53,954 bases of DNA, taken from contig CAZCSS010000001.1 in the NCBI GenBank assembly GCA_964501515.1, positions 1-53,954 of the forward strand. Direction: 5' to 3'. A program made the translations under genes and the position numbers. This DNA is from an uncultured archaeon (GTDB lineage Archaea; Aenigmatarchaeota; Aenigmatarchaeia; QMZP01). Under the pieces are notes generated by a model. That model searched no databases. It saw only the letters and a list, made by a program, of their open reading frames with translations, and had not been told where the DNA came from. Of this stretch, positions 1-8,911 are shown in pieces (the stretch's first letter is position 1; the number at the start of each line of letters is the position of its first letter).

Positions 1-193
1 AATCTGCTGTCCTTTTCAACCGCAATCACGCTTGCCTTTTTTGCGAGCTCTCGGTGAGAAGACCTGTGCCTGCCCCTATCTCCAGGACTGTCTCGCCCGG
101 AAGGATTCCGGCAAAGGAGACAATTCTTTGGATGGTTCTTTTGTCCACCATCAGGAACTGGTCTTTTGAGGGAAGGGGTTTTGCGGGTCTCAT
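1..193 (-). pseudogene. ksgA: 16S/18S rRNA dimethyladenosine transferase KsgA/Dim1, N-terminal part. It is truncated by the window edge and has an apparent 1-nt frameshift.
   Basis: The minus-strand ATG at 193 gives MRPAKPLPSKDQFLMVDKRTIQRIVSFAGILPGETVLEIGAGTGLLTE, which contains SAM motif I. This frame stops at 26-28. The adjacent frame continues ELAKKASVIAVEKDSRF to the window edge. Confidence 0.55.
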
Positions 194-219
194 AAATTAA
201 TCTCCCCGGCAAATATTAA

Positions 220-1311
220 ATGATTGGAATGGGTGCAGAGGAAGAAATAAAAAGGATAGAGGAAGAAATAAGGAGAACGCCTTACAACAAGGCCACGCAG
301 AAGCATATCGGAATCCTTAAGTCAAAGCTCGCCAAACTCAGGGAAAAGCAGAGCAAACCCTCCGGAAGGAAGAGCATGGGATACGGCATCCGGAAGGCCG
401 GGGATGCCACTGTGGTGATTGTGGGGTTTCCCTCTGTGGGAAAGTCCTCTCTTCTCAACAGGCTGACCAGTGCTGAGTCCAAAATCGGTGATTTTGATTT
501 CACTACCATTAAGGTCATTCCGGGGGTCATGGAATACAACTCCGCCAAAATCCAGGTTCTTGATGTTCCGGGGGTGATAGAGGGTGTTTCCAGGGGCCGG
601 GGCAGAGGGAGGGAGGTCCTTTCCGTGGTCAGGATTGCTGACCTTCTCATCATTATGGCAGACTCACGGAAACCCGGCCAGCTCGGCATAATACAGAGGG
701 AGCTTTACGAATCCGGGTTCCGCCTGAACCAGAAGCCTCCTAACATATCAGTCAAGAAGAGGTTTGGAGGGGGAGTGGACGTAACTGTTTCGCAAAGATT
801 CAGCATTTCCAGGGAAACAATAAGGTCAATACTTCAGGAATTCAGGATTCTGAATGCAGAGGTGGTGGTCAGGGAGGATGTGAGCCCTGACCAGCTCATT
901 GACTGCATAATGGGAAACAGGGTGTATGTGCCCGCAGTATCCGTGTTCAACAAAACTGATCTGGTTGGGGAGGAGGAGCTGGATTCGCTGATGAAAAGAT
1001 ACCCTGATTGTGTTTTTATATCAGCTGAGAACGGGAAGAATCTGGGCATCCTCAGGAAAAGGATATGGGAGAGACTCGGCCTGATGAGGGTGTACATGAA
1101 GAGAGCAGGGAAGGAACCAGATATGAAGGAGCCTGTTATAATGCCCAGGGGCTCCAGGGTGAAGGACGTGGCCGAAAAGATTCACAGGGATGTGTTTGGT
1201 GCAAAGGTGAGGTACGCCAGAATATGGGGAAGGACGGCCAGGTTTCCGGGCCAGAAAAGAGGGAAAGAAACCATCCTGCAGGACGGAGATGTTGTGGAGC
1301 TTCATGCATAA
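220..1311 (+). CDS. Developmentally regulated GTP-binding protein (DRG/Obg family) with a C-terminal TGS domain
   Basis: G1 motif GFPSVGKSSLLN, G3 motif DVPGVIEG and G4 motif NKTD are present. The C-terminal stretch is TGS-like (VKDVAEKIHRD...GDVVEL). Confidence 0.9.
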   Translation: MIGMGAEEEIKRIEEEIRRTPYNKATQKHIGILKSKLAKLREKQSKPSGRKSMGYGIRKAGDATVVIVGFPSVGKSSLLNRLTSAESKIGDFDFTTIKVIPGVMEYNSAKIQVLDVPGVIEGVSRGRGRGREVLSVVRIADLLIIMADSRKPGQLGIIQRELYESGFRLNQKPPNISVKKRFGGGVDVTVSQRFSISRETIRSILQEFRILNAEVVVREDVSPDQLIDCIMGNRVYVPAVSVFNKTDLVGEEELDSLMKRYPDCVFISAENGKNLGILRKRIWERLGLMRVYMKRAGKEPDMKEPVIMPRGSRVKDVAEKIHRDVFGAKVRYARIWGRTARFPGQKRGKETILQDGDVVELHA

Positions 1312-1431
1312 CATCAACCGTGCCAGTCTTAATGCGGCAGGCAAGAAGCGGAGCTGCTCCATTGCTCGCTCTGGCCGCTGGCGTAAATCATTTATAGACC
1401 GTGAAACAATAATAAAGTGGAGGAGTGTTAA

Positions 1432-1800
1432 GTGCTCTCTGATGACCCGCCCCCGGATGAGTCTGAAGGGAATGATTACAGGAAACGTGTGATTTATTTC
1501 AACCCTATTGCAGATTATTCTGTAGCTGAAGGCGTTTATCAGGAATTGCTGAATCTCGGTGCAATAGACAGGGGGCATATCTGTAACAGGTATATGGTTG
1601 ATTTGTACTCCCTTGGAATTGAAGCAACCATTGTCTTTGGCACATCGCTCGTGAAAAAACCTGGTGGCGGCATTGACTGGGAAATGGGGGTTGAGTATGC
1701 CGGCAGAGAAGATGTTGGAGATAAAATCAAAGACATTATTCTGCCCCTGAAGGAAAAGATAAACAGATATGCCGCCGGGGTTTTGAATACAGACATTTAA
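1432..1800 (+). CDS. Hypothetical protein, 122 aa, GTG start
   Basis: Clean ORF with GGAGG about 10 nt upstream. I recognise no motif. The overlapping 263-aa minus-strand ORF looks like an antisense shadow. Confidence 0.45.
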   Translation: MLSDDPPPDESEGNDYRKRVIYFNPIADYSVAEGVYQELLNLGAIDRGHICNRYMVDLYSLGIEATIVFGTSLVKKPGGGIDWEMGVEYAGREDVGDKIKDIILPLKEKINRYAAGVLNTDI

Positions 1801-1820
1801 CATATGCTGCACAATATGAA

Positions 1821-2210
1821 TTGGCGGTGTGGCCTGTGATTGAGTATGTTTTTGCGGCGCTGATAGTTTTCATGGTCCTGCTGATTCTTTTATACAGGAG
1901 GCTCTGGATAAGACTCAACAGCCTGAAACTCGAACTCAGGGACGCACTTTCCCAGAAGAAGAGCCTTTCCTCCAGATACGGGAAGCTCACTGAGCAGTTC
2001 ATCCCCTTCCTGAAGGAATACCCCTACAATGAGCAGAATTTCCGATTCATCGGGTCTCCAGTCGACGGGGTTCAGTTCGAGGATGACAAAATTGTTCTGA
2101 TGGAATTCAAGACCGCTGGCGGGAGGCTTACGGATAAGCAGAAGAGGATAAGAGAACTCGTCCGGAGGGGAAGGGTTTTTTTCGAGGAGTTCAGAATATC
2201 TGGGGACTAG
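1821..2210 (+). CDS. Membrane-anchored PD-(D/E)xK endonuclease related to the archaeal Holliday junction resolvase (Endonuc_Holl-like)
   Basis: N-terminal TM helix, a coiled-coil segment, then SPVDG...LMEFK (PD...ExK) and a basic tail. The start codon is non-ATG (TTG). Confidence 0.55.
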   Translation: MAVWPVIEYVFAALIVFMVLLILLYRRLWIRLNSLKLELRDALSQKKSLSSRYGKLTEQFIPFLKEYPYNEQNFRFIGSPVDGVQFEDDKIVLMEFKTAGGRLTDKQKRIRELVRRGRVFFEEFRISGD

Positions 2211-3502
2211 CCAAAGAGCCCTTTCTCTTTTATGGCCCTTGGGGAGCCGCCCGCGTGCCAGCTTATCCTCGGCCTGATCTGTATGGCGTATATCCTCTCG
2301 GAGTTGTCATCAAACAGAACAGCGGCTCCCTTTCTTCTCGGGAGGTTGTTTATCAGGGTCTTTATGTCATCAAGGGCATATGTCTGCATTACGGCCTGGA
2401 GGGCGTTTATGTCAGCCTCGGATGTCAGCCTGTGGGCTATTATCATGTCAGCCTGGGCAAGGGCGTCGGGATGGAGCTTGTTCGGAATCTGGGTTATGAG
2501 AAGGAGTGACACGCCCGGTTCCCTGCCCTCTTTTATCAGCGTGAGTATGTCACCTGAGGCCGCTGTCTCTCCCTGGGAGGGAATGAACTGGTGAGCCTCG
2601 TCGATTATCATCCAGACCAGAGGGAGGGAATTGCTTTCCTGGCCTGTGATTGTTCCAACCTCCTCTGCCTTCCTTGCCATCAGCCTGGCCTGGAATATCC
2701 TTCTTGAGAGAAGGCCTATCACCATTGTCCTGACTGACCAGCCCGAGGAGTCCCGGACATAATGGGATATGTCAATCACAGACGTTGCCCCAGGGGATAA
2801 GAGGCTCTCGACAGGGGTTCCCTCCTTCTCGAAGATTCCCCAGCCCTGTGCCGACTGGAATCTGCTGTACAGCGTGTCTTTTGTCCTTTTCTCGCTTTTC
2901 TTGTCCTGCTCAATCTCTGTCATTATGTCCTGTATTGTGTATTTATCCCCGAATTTCTTCCTGACTGACTTTATGGCTCTTTCTGTGGCAATGCCGCGGT
3001 CATCCATTGGACTGAAGCCGAATGTGAGAATCCAGTCCTGGGCAGTGAACCCGCCGCAGGGCAGGGTGAAGGTGGCATCAAAATTTATCCCTGCTTCCCT
3101 GTATTTGCCTGCAAATCCCTTTGGGATAAAGAACTTCAGGTTCTCCATGGCCTTTGGCTTCAGGCCCCATTCATTCAGAAGATCGGTCTCCTTGTCGTTC
3201 GGCCTCTTCATTGACCAGTATATTCCCATGGTGTCAATCATTATCACCGAGAGGTTTTGGCTCACTTCCTTGGGAAGGGAAATTATCTCTTCCGCTACCA
3301 CGCCAGCAGAGTAGCTCTTTCCAGAGCCGCGCTTGCCGCATATCAGAAGTATATGCGGCCTTGTGACATCCATGTAAACAGGGTTTGTTACATGCGAGTC
3401 ATTCCCCTTCCCCACAATGTGCTTTCCGATAAAAACCGTCCCCTTCTCGCCGAACCTTGCAAGGTCCTGCCTGTCCCTGCCCACGATTATCTTCTCTGCC
3501 AT
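2207..3502 (-). CDS. HerA/DUF87-family P-loop ATPase
   Basis: Walker A is CGKRGSGKSY and Walker B is MIIDEAHQF. The overall pattern is archaeal DUF87-like. Its 3' end overlaps the convergent nuclease gene by 4 nt. Confidence 0.75.
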   Translation of the reverse strand: MAEKIIVGRDRQDLARFGEKGTVFIGKHIVGKGNDSHVTNPVYMDVTRPHILLICGKRGSGKSYSAGVVAEEIISLPKEVSQNLSVIMIDTMGIYWSMKRPNDKETDLLNEWGLKPKAMENLKFFIPKGFAGKYREAGINFDATFTLPCGGFTAQDWILTFGFSPMDDRGIATERAIKSVRKKFGDKYTIQDIMTEIEQDKKSEKRTKDTLYSRFQSAQGWGIFEKEGTPVESLLSPGATSVIDISHYVRDSSGWSVRTMVIGLLSRRIFQARLMARKAEEVGTITGQESNSLPLVWMIIDEAHQFIPSQGETAASGDILTLIKEGREPGVSLLLITQIPNKLHPDALAQADMIIAHRLTSEADINALQAVMQTYALDDIKTLINNLPRRKGAAVLFDDNSERIYAIQIRPRISWHAGGSPRAIKEKGLFG

Positions 3503-3544
3503 ATCATTTATAGATTGGTTTCAGCAAATAAAAAGAGTGGTTGG

Positions 3545-4705
3545 ATGGATTACAGAAGAGCCATGTGGGTTTTCGGCCTGCTGACGGTATTTGCAGCAAT
3601 CTCTGACCGGATCTTGTTTGTGATCTTCCCGAACTACCTGCTTGACAGGAACTTCTCTGCAACCGAAATCGGGCTTGTTTTTTCCCTGTCATCGCTTGCC
3701 CTGCTCATCCTGACCACTTACATAGGAAAGCTGTCTGACCGTGTCGGGAGAAAGGGAATACTATCTCTTGGGCTCCTGGTCCAGGCAGTGTCAACCCCGC
3801 TTTTTCCGTTCGCTTCCAGGCTTGCGGAGTTTGCGCTGATCAGGGTTTTCAGGGATATTGGCCTCACAATGGCAACATCGGTAAAGGACGCCCTGACCGC
3901 GGACGTTTTCCCGAGGAGTGTCAGGCCAAGGATGTTCTCAAGGCTTGGTTCTCTGGTTCCCTTCGGAAGGGCGCTGGCCACAATAGTGGGTTTCCTTGTG
4001 GTGACATACCTCTCGCTTGAATGGGGCTTCTATACAGCTGCTGTTTTCATTTTTCTTGGTCTTCTCGTGTTTGCCGCATTCTTCAGGGAGAACCGCGCGG
4101 GAAGGCCTCCTGCGGGAAGCCACAGAATGAACAAAATAAAACTATCCCTCCGGGAGTATTCCTTTAATTTCAAGCTTCTCATTCTTGTATGGATGCTGGT
4201 GTCGGTTAATTACACAATATCCTATTATCCTGCCTTCTTCATCCTGGCAAGGGAACTGGGAATAACAGAGGGCCTTTTGTTCCTGCTCCTTCTTGCAGGA
4301 AATGTAATCAGCAGCATTTTCACTTACTTCAGCGGGGGGTGGATCGAGAAGCATGGCAGGGAGAAGATGATGGCAGGGAGCCTGCTGGGGTTTTCCCTGC
4401 TCACGCTTTCCTATGCCCTTGCATTCTCTGTTCTTAGTTTTCTCGTGATAATGGTGGGCGTTTCGGTGTTCTACTATGTGTGGAGGGTGGCCTTCAAGGT
4501 CACGCTTTATGACGCCTCAAAAGGCTCTGTAAGAGGCGAACAAATGGGATTTGCAAAGATGATTCAGGGGGCAGGAGACATGATAGGCCCTCTTATAGGA
4601 GGTTTTCTTATTGACACGGTTTCACTGGACGCGGCCTTCTATGCTGCCGGCATTGTGGGTGCGGCCGGGTTTGTTCTCGCGCTTCTACTCAGGAAGCAGT
4701 CATGA
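3545..4705 (+). CDS. MFS transporter
   Basis: About 12 hydrophobic segments and MFS motif A (GKLSDRVGRKG). The start is moved to ATG 3545 because the upstream part of the track ORF is antisense to the ATPase gene. Confidence 0.85.
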   Translation: MDYRRAMWVFGLLTVFAAISDRILFVIFPNYLLDRNFSATEIGLVFSLSSLALLILTTYIGKLSDRVGRKGILSLGLLVQAVSTPLFPFASRLAEFALIRVFRDIGLTMATSVKDALTADVFPRSVRPRMFSRLGSLVPFGRALATIVGFLVVTYLSLEWGFYTAAVFIFLGLLVFAAFFRENRAGRPPAGSHRMNKIKLSLREYSFNFKLLILVWMLVSVNYTISYYPAFFILARELGITEGLLFLLLLAGNVISSIFTYFSGGWIEKHGREKMMAGSLLGFSLLTLSYALAFSVLSFLVIMVGVSVFYYVWRVAFKVTLYDASKGSVRGEQMGFAKMIQGAGDMIGPLIGGFLIDTVSLDAAFYAAGIVGAAGFVLALLLRKQS

Positions 4706-4758
4706 AGCCTGGAAGGTTTGCGGGAAATTTTATAAAGCTAACAGGAGAACATACGGGT

Positions 4759-5022
4759 ATGAAAGCCAGGATAGTTTCCTTCCGAAGGGGCCGCCATAAC
4801 TTCAGGCCGAACCAGCTCCTGCTCGAGGTTGAGGGCTTTGACAGCAGGGCCAGGGCGTCATCGCTGATAGGAAAAAGGGTTGTGTGGGCCAGCCCTGCAA
4901 GGAAGCTCATTCACGGCAAGGTAACAGCCACGCACGGGAACAACGGCGTGATAAGGGCCAGGTTCCAGAAGGGCCTTCCCGGCGAAGCAATAGGGAAGGA
5001 TGCGGAAATTCTGGAGAAATAA
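4759..5022 (+). CDS. rpl35ae: Ribosomal protein L35Ae (eL33)
   Basis: MKARIVSFRRGRHNFRPNQ...LIGKRVVW...GKVTATHGNNGVIRARF...LPG. AGGAG lies upstream of ATG 4759. ATG 4702 is an alternative start. Confidence 0.85.
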   Translation: MKARIVSFRRGRHNFRPNQLLLEVEGFDSRARASSLIGKRVVWASPARKLIHGKVTATHGNNGVIRARFQKGLPGEAIGKDAEILEK

Positions 5023-5067
5023 CCCAAAGCAATCCAAAGATTTAATACTTTTATCCAAAACTTTCTC

Positions 5068-6231
5068 ATGAAGATATCTGTTCTCTCGGACTTTCATTTT
5101 GGGTATGCTTCAGGGACTGAACGCGAAGGGGACAGCTTCGAGGCCGCGGAGGAGGCAATCGGAAAGGCAATGGACTCGGATGTAATAATTATCGCAGGAG
5201 ACCTGTTTGATACAAGAACCCCTGGAACAGAAACATTTGTGAGAGCAATGGAGATTCTCTCAAAGCCAGTGTTCCATGCCAAAAGCCGGGCCAAGATTGT
5301 GAACACCATCAGCAAGGAAACAAACAGTCCGCTCAGCCCCGGCGGGATTCCTGTCATCGCAATTCACGGAACGCATGAAAGAAGGGTCAGGGGCTTTCTG
5401 AACCCTGTGGAAGCGCTGGAGAGGGCGGGGTTCCTGACATATCTGCACTGCAATGGCGTGGTCCTGAAGAAGGGGCAGGAGATTGTATGCGTGCAGGGGA
5501 TGTCCGGGGTGCCTGAACATTACGCTGAAAGTGTGCTCAGGGAGTGGGACCCCAGACCCATGTCAGGCTATAATATCCTGCTCTTCCATCAGTCAATCCA
5601 TCCGTTCATGTACGCTGCTCACATGCTTGAACTCGGGAAAATCCCAAAGGGATTTGACCTTTATGTCAACGGCCATGTGCATGAACCCAGAAAAGAGAAG
5701 TATTCAGGCGCGCCGTTCCTGCTTCCTGGCTCGCTAATACCCACGCAGATGGGCAGGGATTCTCTCTCTCCAAAGGGCTTCTTCAGGGTGGACACGCAAA
5801 ACGGAAAGATAGAGTTCATTCCCCTGAAAGGTCAGAGAGAGTTTTATTACGAAGATATGGAGGGCAAGGACAGGGAAGAGATAGAAGCCAGGATAAAGTC
5901 CATTCTGGAGAAGAAGCACGCAAAGAAGCCGATAATAAGCATAAGAATCTCCGGGAAAGGGGCTGAGATAGAGGGGATCAGGCAGAAATATGCGGATTCC
6001 GCAATACTGCATTTCATAAGAAAGCCAGCGAAAGAGGAGGCAAGAGAGGGAAAAACACTTGAGGAGCACAGGCTGTCTGTGCGCGAGCTGGGAAGCAAAA
6101 TACTCAGGGAGAGTCTGGAGAAGGAGAGGCTGGACCCCATGGTGTTCGAGAACGTTTTCGAGATGCTGGAAGAGAAAAGAATGGATGAAGCAATAAGATA
6201 TCTTAGAAAGGAGAAGGGACGAAGAGGATGA
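5068..6231 (+). CDS. mre11: Mre11/SbcD-like metallophosphoesterase nuclease
   Basis: Phosphoesterase motifs are present in order: SDFHFG, AGDLFD, IHGTHE, LFHQS, GHVHE. Confidence 0.7.
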   Translation: MKISVLSDFHFGYASGTEREGDSFEAAEEAIGKAMDSDVIIIAGDLFDTRTPGTETFVRAMEILSKPVFHAKSRAKIVNTISKETNSPLSPGGIPVIAIHGTHERRVRGFLNPVEALERAGFLTYLHCNGVVLKKGQEIVCVQGMSGVPEHYAESVLREWDPRPMSGYNILLFHQSIHPFMYAAHMLELGKIPKGFDLYVNGHVHEPRKEKYSGAPFLLPGSLIPTQMGRDSLSPKGFFRVDTQNGKIEFIPLKGQREFYYEDMEGKDREEIEARIKSILEKKHAKKPIISIRISGKGAEIEGIRQKYADSAILHFIRKPAKEEAREGKTLEEHRLSVRELGSKILRESLEKERLDPMVFENVFEMLEEKRMDEAIRYLRKEKGRRG

Positions 6232-6262
6232 TATTTAAGTACAGGGATGGAAGTGATAAACA

Positions 6263-6544
6263 ATGACTGACAGGAAGACGGTAAGGAAAGTGGCCGAGCT
6301 TGCGAGGCTCGACCTGACAGAGGAAGAGGTCCGCAGGTTTTCAGGGGATCTGGAGAGCATATTAAAGGCCTTCAGGGACCTTGAAAGGGTTCGGGTAAAG
6401 GGGATAAAACCATCCTTCCGGCCTGTTCCTGCAAAGAACGTCATGCGGCCTGACTCTGTTGAGCCTTCGCTCAGCCAGGAGGACGCCCTCAGGAATGCGA
6501 AAAACAAGGAAGGCGGGTATTTTAAAGGACCAAAAGCAGTATAG
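6263..6544 (+). CDS. gatC: Asp/Glu-tRNA amidotransferase subunit C
   Basis: VRKVAELARLDLTEEEVRRFSGDLESILKAF, with the size and pattern typical of GatC. Confidence 0.85.
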   Translation: MTDRKTVRKVAELARLDLTEEEVRRFSGDLESILKAFRDLERVRVKGIKPSFRPVPAKNVMRPDSVEPSLSQEDALRNAKNKEGGYFKGPKAV

Positions 6545-6629
6545 TACGTAGCTGTTTTTCCAGATGACAGACGCAGGACAATGCATACGCACTGGAAATG
6601 TTACCAGAGACTGGCTTGATTATCTGTGG

Positions 6630-7298
6630 TCATGACTGGTTCAAAAAGTTTAAAAAATAGTTTTTTCCAATCTCGCCCGACCTGATTTTTTCAAAAATAT
6701 ATTCGCTCCTTAGCCTGATCTCAGCGGTTATTCCGTAGTTATAATTTTCTGCCTCCTTTGATAATTTGGAGCCATAATACCTGTTCAGAATGCTTTCTGC
6801 CGCAGCCACTGCTGTTCCGGCAGCGAGCATTCCACCTAACACCCCACCCAGAAATAGCAGTGCAACATCGCTTTCTCTTGCTGACGGGTAAACAGATTTT
6901 ATACAAGTGTTGATGCCTTCGAGAATGTCAATATTTTTATTCAACATGTCATAAACCGTAATTGTCATGACTGCAAACGGAACCGCCAGAGCAGGTGCTG
7001 GTGTCCTGTCCCTGATCTTTCTTGAAACCCAGCTTTCATTGAAAACATACTTTGTAATGTTTTCCAGGTCCCTTTGCGGAACTTCGATTGAGGAATACGG
7101 GCCTTCAACAAGAAATTCTCTTTCACCATAAATTGCAGCAAAATCATCTCCTTCGCTTTTTCTTGTGAACATCTTCCAGCCAGGAACCTGTGAAGGCGAG
7201 AACTCCCTAAAAGACAGTCTATCCAGTATTTCGTCTATGTCTTCTGCAACCGAATATTTTTTTAACTGAGAAGCCACAATTTTGTGCCGTTTTGCCAT
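6630..7298 (-). CDS. Hypothetical membrane protein, 222 aa, visibly AT-rich
   Basis: Soluble N-terminal half followed by two hydrophobic segments (PAPALAVPFAVMTITVY and VALLFLGGVLGGMLAAGTAVAAA). I recognise no family. Confidence 0.5.
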   Translation of the reverse strand: MAKRHKIVASQLKKYSVAEDIDEILDRLSFREFSPSQVPGWKMFTRKSEGDDFAAIYGEREFLVEGPYSSIEVPQRDLENITKYVFNESWVSRKIRDRTPAPALAVPFAVMTITVYDMLNKNIDILEGINTCIKSVYPSARESDVALLFLGGVLGGMLAAGTAVAAAESILNRYYGSKLSKEAENYNYGITAEIRLRSEYIFEKIRSGEIGKNYFLNFLNQS

Positions 7299-8506
7299 GT
7301 TTTAATTTGGTTGTTTATTTTTTTTAAGCCCGTTGTTCTCTGAACATCAGGCAAGTCAGCCATCCTGTTGTTGGGGATTTCCTCCCAGAGCTCTATGAGC
7401 CTGTTGTGCTTGGGGAGATCGGCTCCGAGGCAGCCAATCTTTATCAGGGGCGCCCTGAAGAGAATCCCGAGATCAGAAAGCCAGGTGTCCTCGGTCTCGC
7501 CTGACCTGTGGGAGACCACAGGGACGATTCCATTCTCATGGGCCATGTCAGCCACTCTCTTGGAATCGGAAAGCGTTCCAACCTGGTTGGGCTTTATTAT
7601 CACTCCGCTGGCAGAGTTCAGTTCCATTCCTTTCCCAAACCTTTCGGGGTTTGTGCAAAACAGGTCGTCCCCTGTCACAAGGGCTTTTGCCCTTTTCCTC
7701 AGGACTGAAAAGGATGTGAAAGCGTCTTCATGAAAGGGGTCTTCTATATAATAGAGTTTGTAATCCCTGGCTGTCTCGAGCACAAGTTCCAGCTGGTCTG
7801 CCGGGGTCAGGGTTTTCCTCCTGTATTTATAGGTCTTGCCGTTCCAGAGGAAGGAAGCGGCTATGTCAATCCCGAGCTTCACATGCCAGCCATGCGAGAC
7901 GCTGGAAAGGAACTCCAGGGTGTCTTCAAAGTCCATTGGTGTCATCCAGGCATTCTCTATGTTCCTCCCTATCAGCTTGCCCCTTCTCTTCAGCTCCTCC
8001 CCTGCGGTGCTCCAGACCTCAATAACTGTCTCCAGGGCTTCGTAAGGCTCCCTGAACCTGTAAGGGATAACCAGGAATTCCTGCCATTCGCTCCCTCCGC
8101 CATGCGCCCCGCCCCCGATTATGTTGCTTACGGGTATGGGAAAGGGGTGGTCTTTCAGACCGAAGAGTCTCCAGAGATCCCCCCCGGACTGGGCCCTTGC
8201 AGCAGCAATGGAAATCGCAGTGGTCAGGTTGCCACCTAGTTTTGAAAAATTCCTGGTTTTGTCATGCTCCCTGAGGAAGGAGTCAACCTCCTGGAAATCC
8301 TCTTTTCTGCCCACAAGATGCTTCCTTATTTCAGCAAAGGCCTGCTTCAGTTTGGGAAAGGGCAGGTTCCTGGCCTCATTCCTTCCTGTTGATGTTCCTG
8401 ATGGAACAGATGCTGAAAACACGCCTTTGTCAGTGAACAGCTTCACCATTACAGAGTCCTTTCCCTTGGAGTTAACAACACGCAGCAGTTTCAAATCTCG
8501 TATCAT
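7262..8506 (-). CDS. eno: Enolase (divergent)
   Basis: SGTSTGRNEA, IKPNQVGT and SHRSGETED motifs are present. Confidence 0.85.
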   Translation of the reverse strand: MIRDLKLLRVVNSKGKDSVMVKLFTDKGVFSASVPSGTSTGRNEARNLPFPKLKQAFAEIRKHLVGRKEDFQEVDSFLREHDKTRNFSKLGGNLTTAISIAAARAQSGGDLWRLFGLKDHPFPIPVSNIIGGGAHGGGSEWQEFLVIPYRFREPYEALETVIEVWSTAGEELKRRGKLIGRNIENAWMTPMDFEDTLEFLSSVSHGWHVKLGIDIAASFLWNGKTYKYRRKTLTPADQLELVLETARDYKLYYIEDPFHEDAFTSFSVLRKRAKALVTGDDLFCTNPERFGKGMELNSASGVIIKPNQVGTLSDSKRVADMAHENGIVPVVSHRSGETEDTWLSDLGILFRAPLIKIGCLGADLPKHNRLIELWEEIPNNRMADLPDVQRTTGLKKINNQIKTWQNGTKLWLLS

Positions 8507-8661
8507 GTAGAATTATTGCACACTTTCCTTAAATTGTTCCCAGTGGCTGCCCGATGACAGGGCGTTCCGCACGCAGCGGTCGGTTGCTTTCTGCTTCTGC
8601 GCAAAAACATTATGTTACATTCCTTTTTGCATGCGCTATCATTCGGTCAACAGGAGAATGA

Positions 8662-8889
8662 TCATTGGCCCTTTTTCTTCTGTTCCTTCACGATCTTCTC
8701 AGCTTCCTTTATGTCTATGGGTATCACGCCCTTGTCCCATTCCAGCTTGGCTATCTCAAGCGGATCTGACACCCCTCTGGGCACGGTTACCATTGAGGGG
8801 GAACCCTGCATTATCTGCAACGCCCTTGCTGAGAGAATCCTGGTCTTCTCGTACCTGCTTTTCCTGTGTTCATTAGGCATAGCAATCAT
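8662..8889 (-). CDS. rpoK: DNA-directed RNA polymerase subunit K (Rpb6/omega family)
   Basis: SRYEKTRILSARALQIMQGSP...DPLEIAKLEWDKGVIP. Alternative starts are at 8880 (ATG) and 8895 (TTG). Confidence 0.8.
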   Translation of the reverse strand: MIAMPNEHRKSRYEKTRILSARALQIMQGSPSMVTVPRGVSDPLEIAKLEWDKGVIPIDIKEAEKIVKEQKKKGQ

Positions 8890-8911
8890 TATCAAAAAGG
8901 GTTTATAAGTT

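Noticed and set aside
1021-1812. A 263-aa minus-strand ORF
   Set aside because: It is antisense to the 3' end of the DRG GTPase gene and to the 122-aa ORF, and its composition (His/Cys/Phe/Pro-rich) is not protein-like. The same reasoning applies to 7730-8239, 20687-21223, 27252-27836, 30220-30909, 32007-32876, 35146-35544 and 49246-49896.
3257-3544. N-terminal extensions of the MFS ORF (3257-3544) and of the Hel308 ORF (23341-23685)
   Set aside because: Both extensions run antisense through the neighbouring gene and lack family features. Internal ATGs (3545 and 23686) give proteins that begin where homology begins.
5068-6231. An Mre11-Rad50 operon
   Set aside because: No Rad50/SbcC-like ABC ATPase flanks the nuclease gene; the next gene is gatC. 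Only a stand-alone Mre11/SbcD-like phosphoesterase can be claimed.
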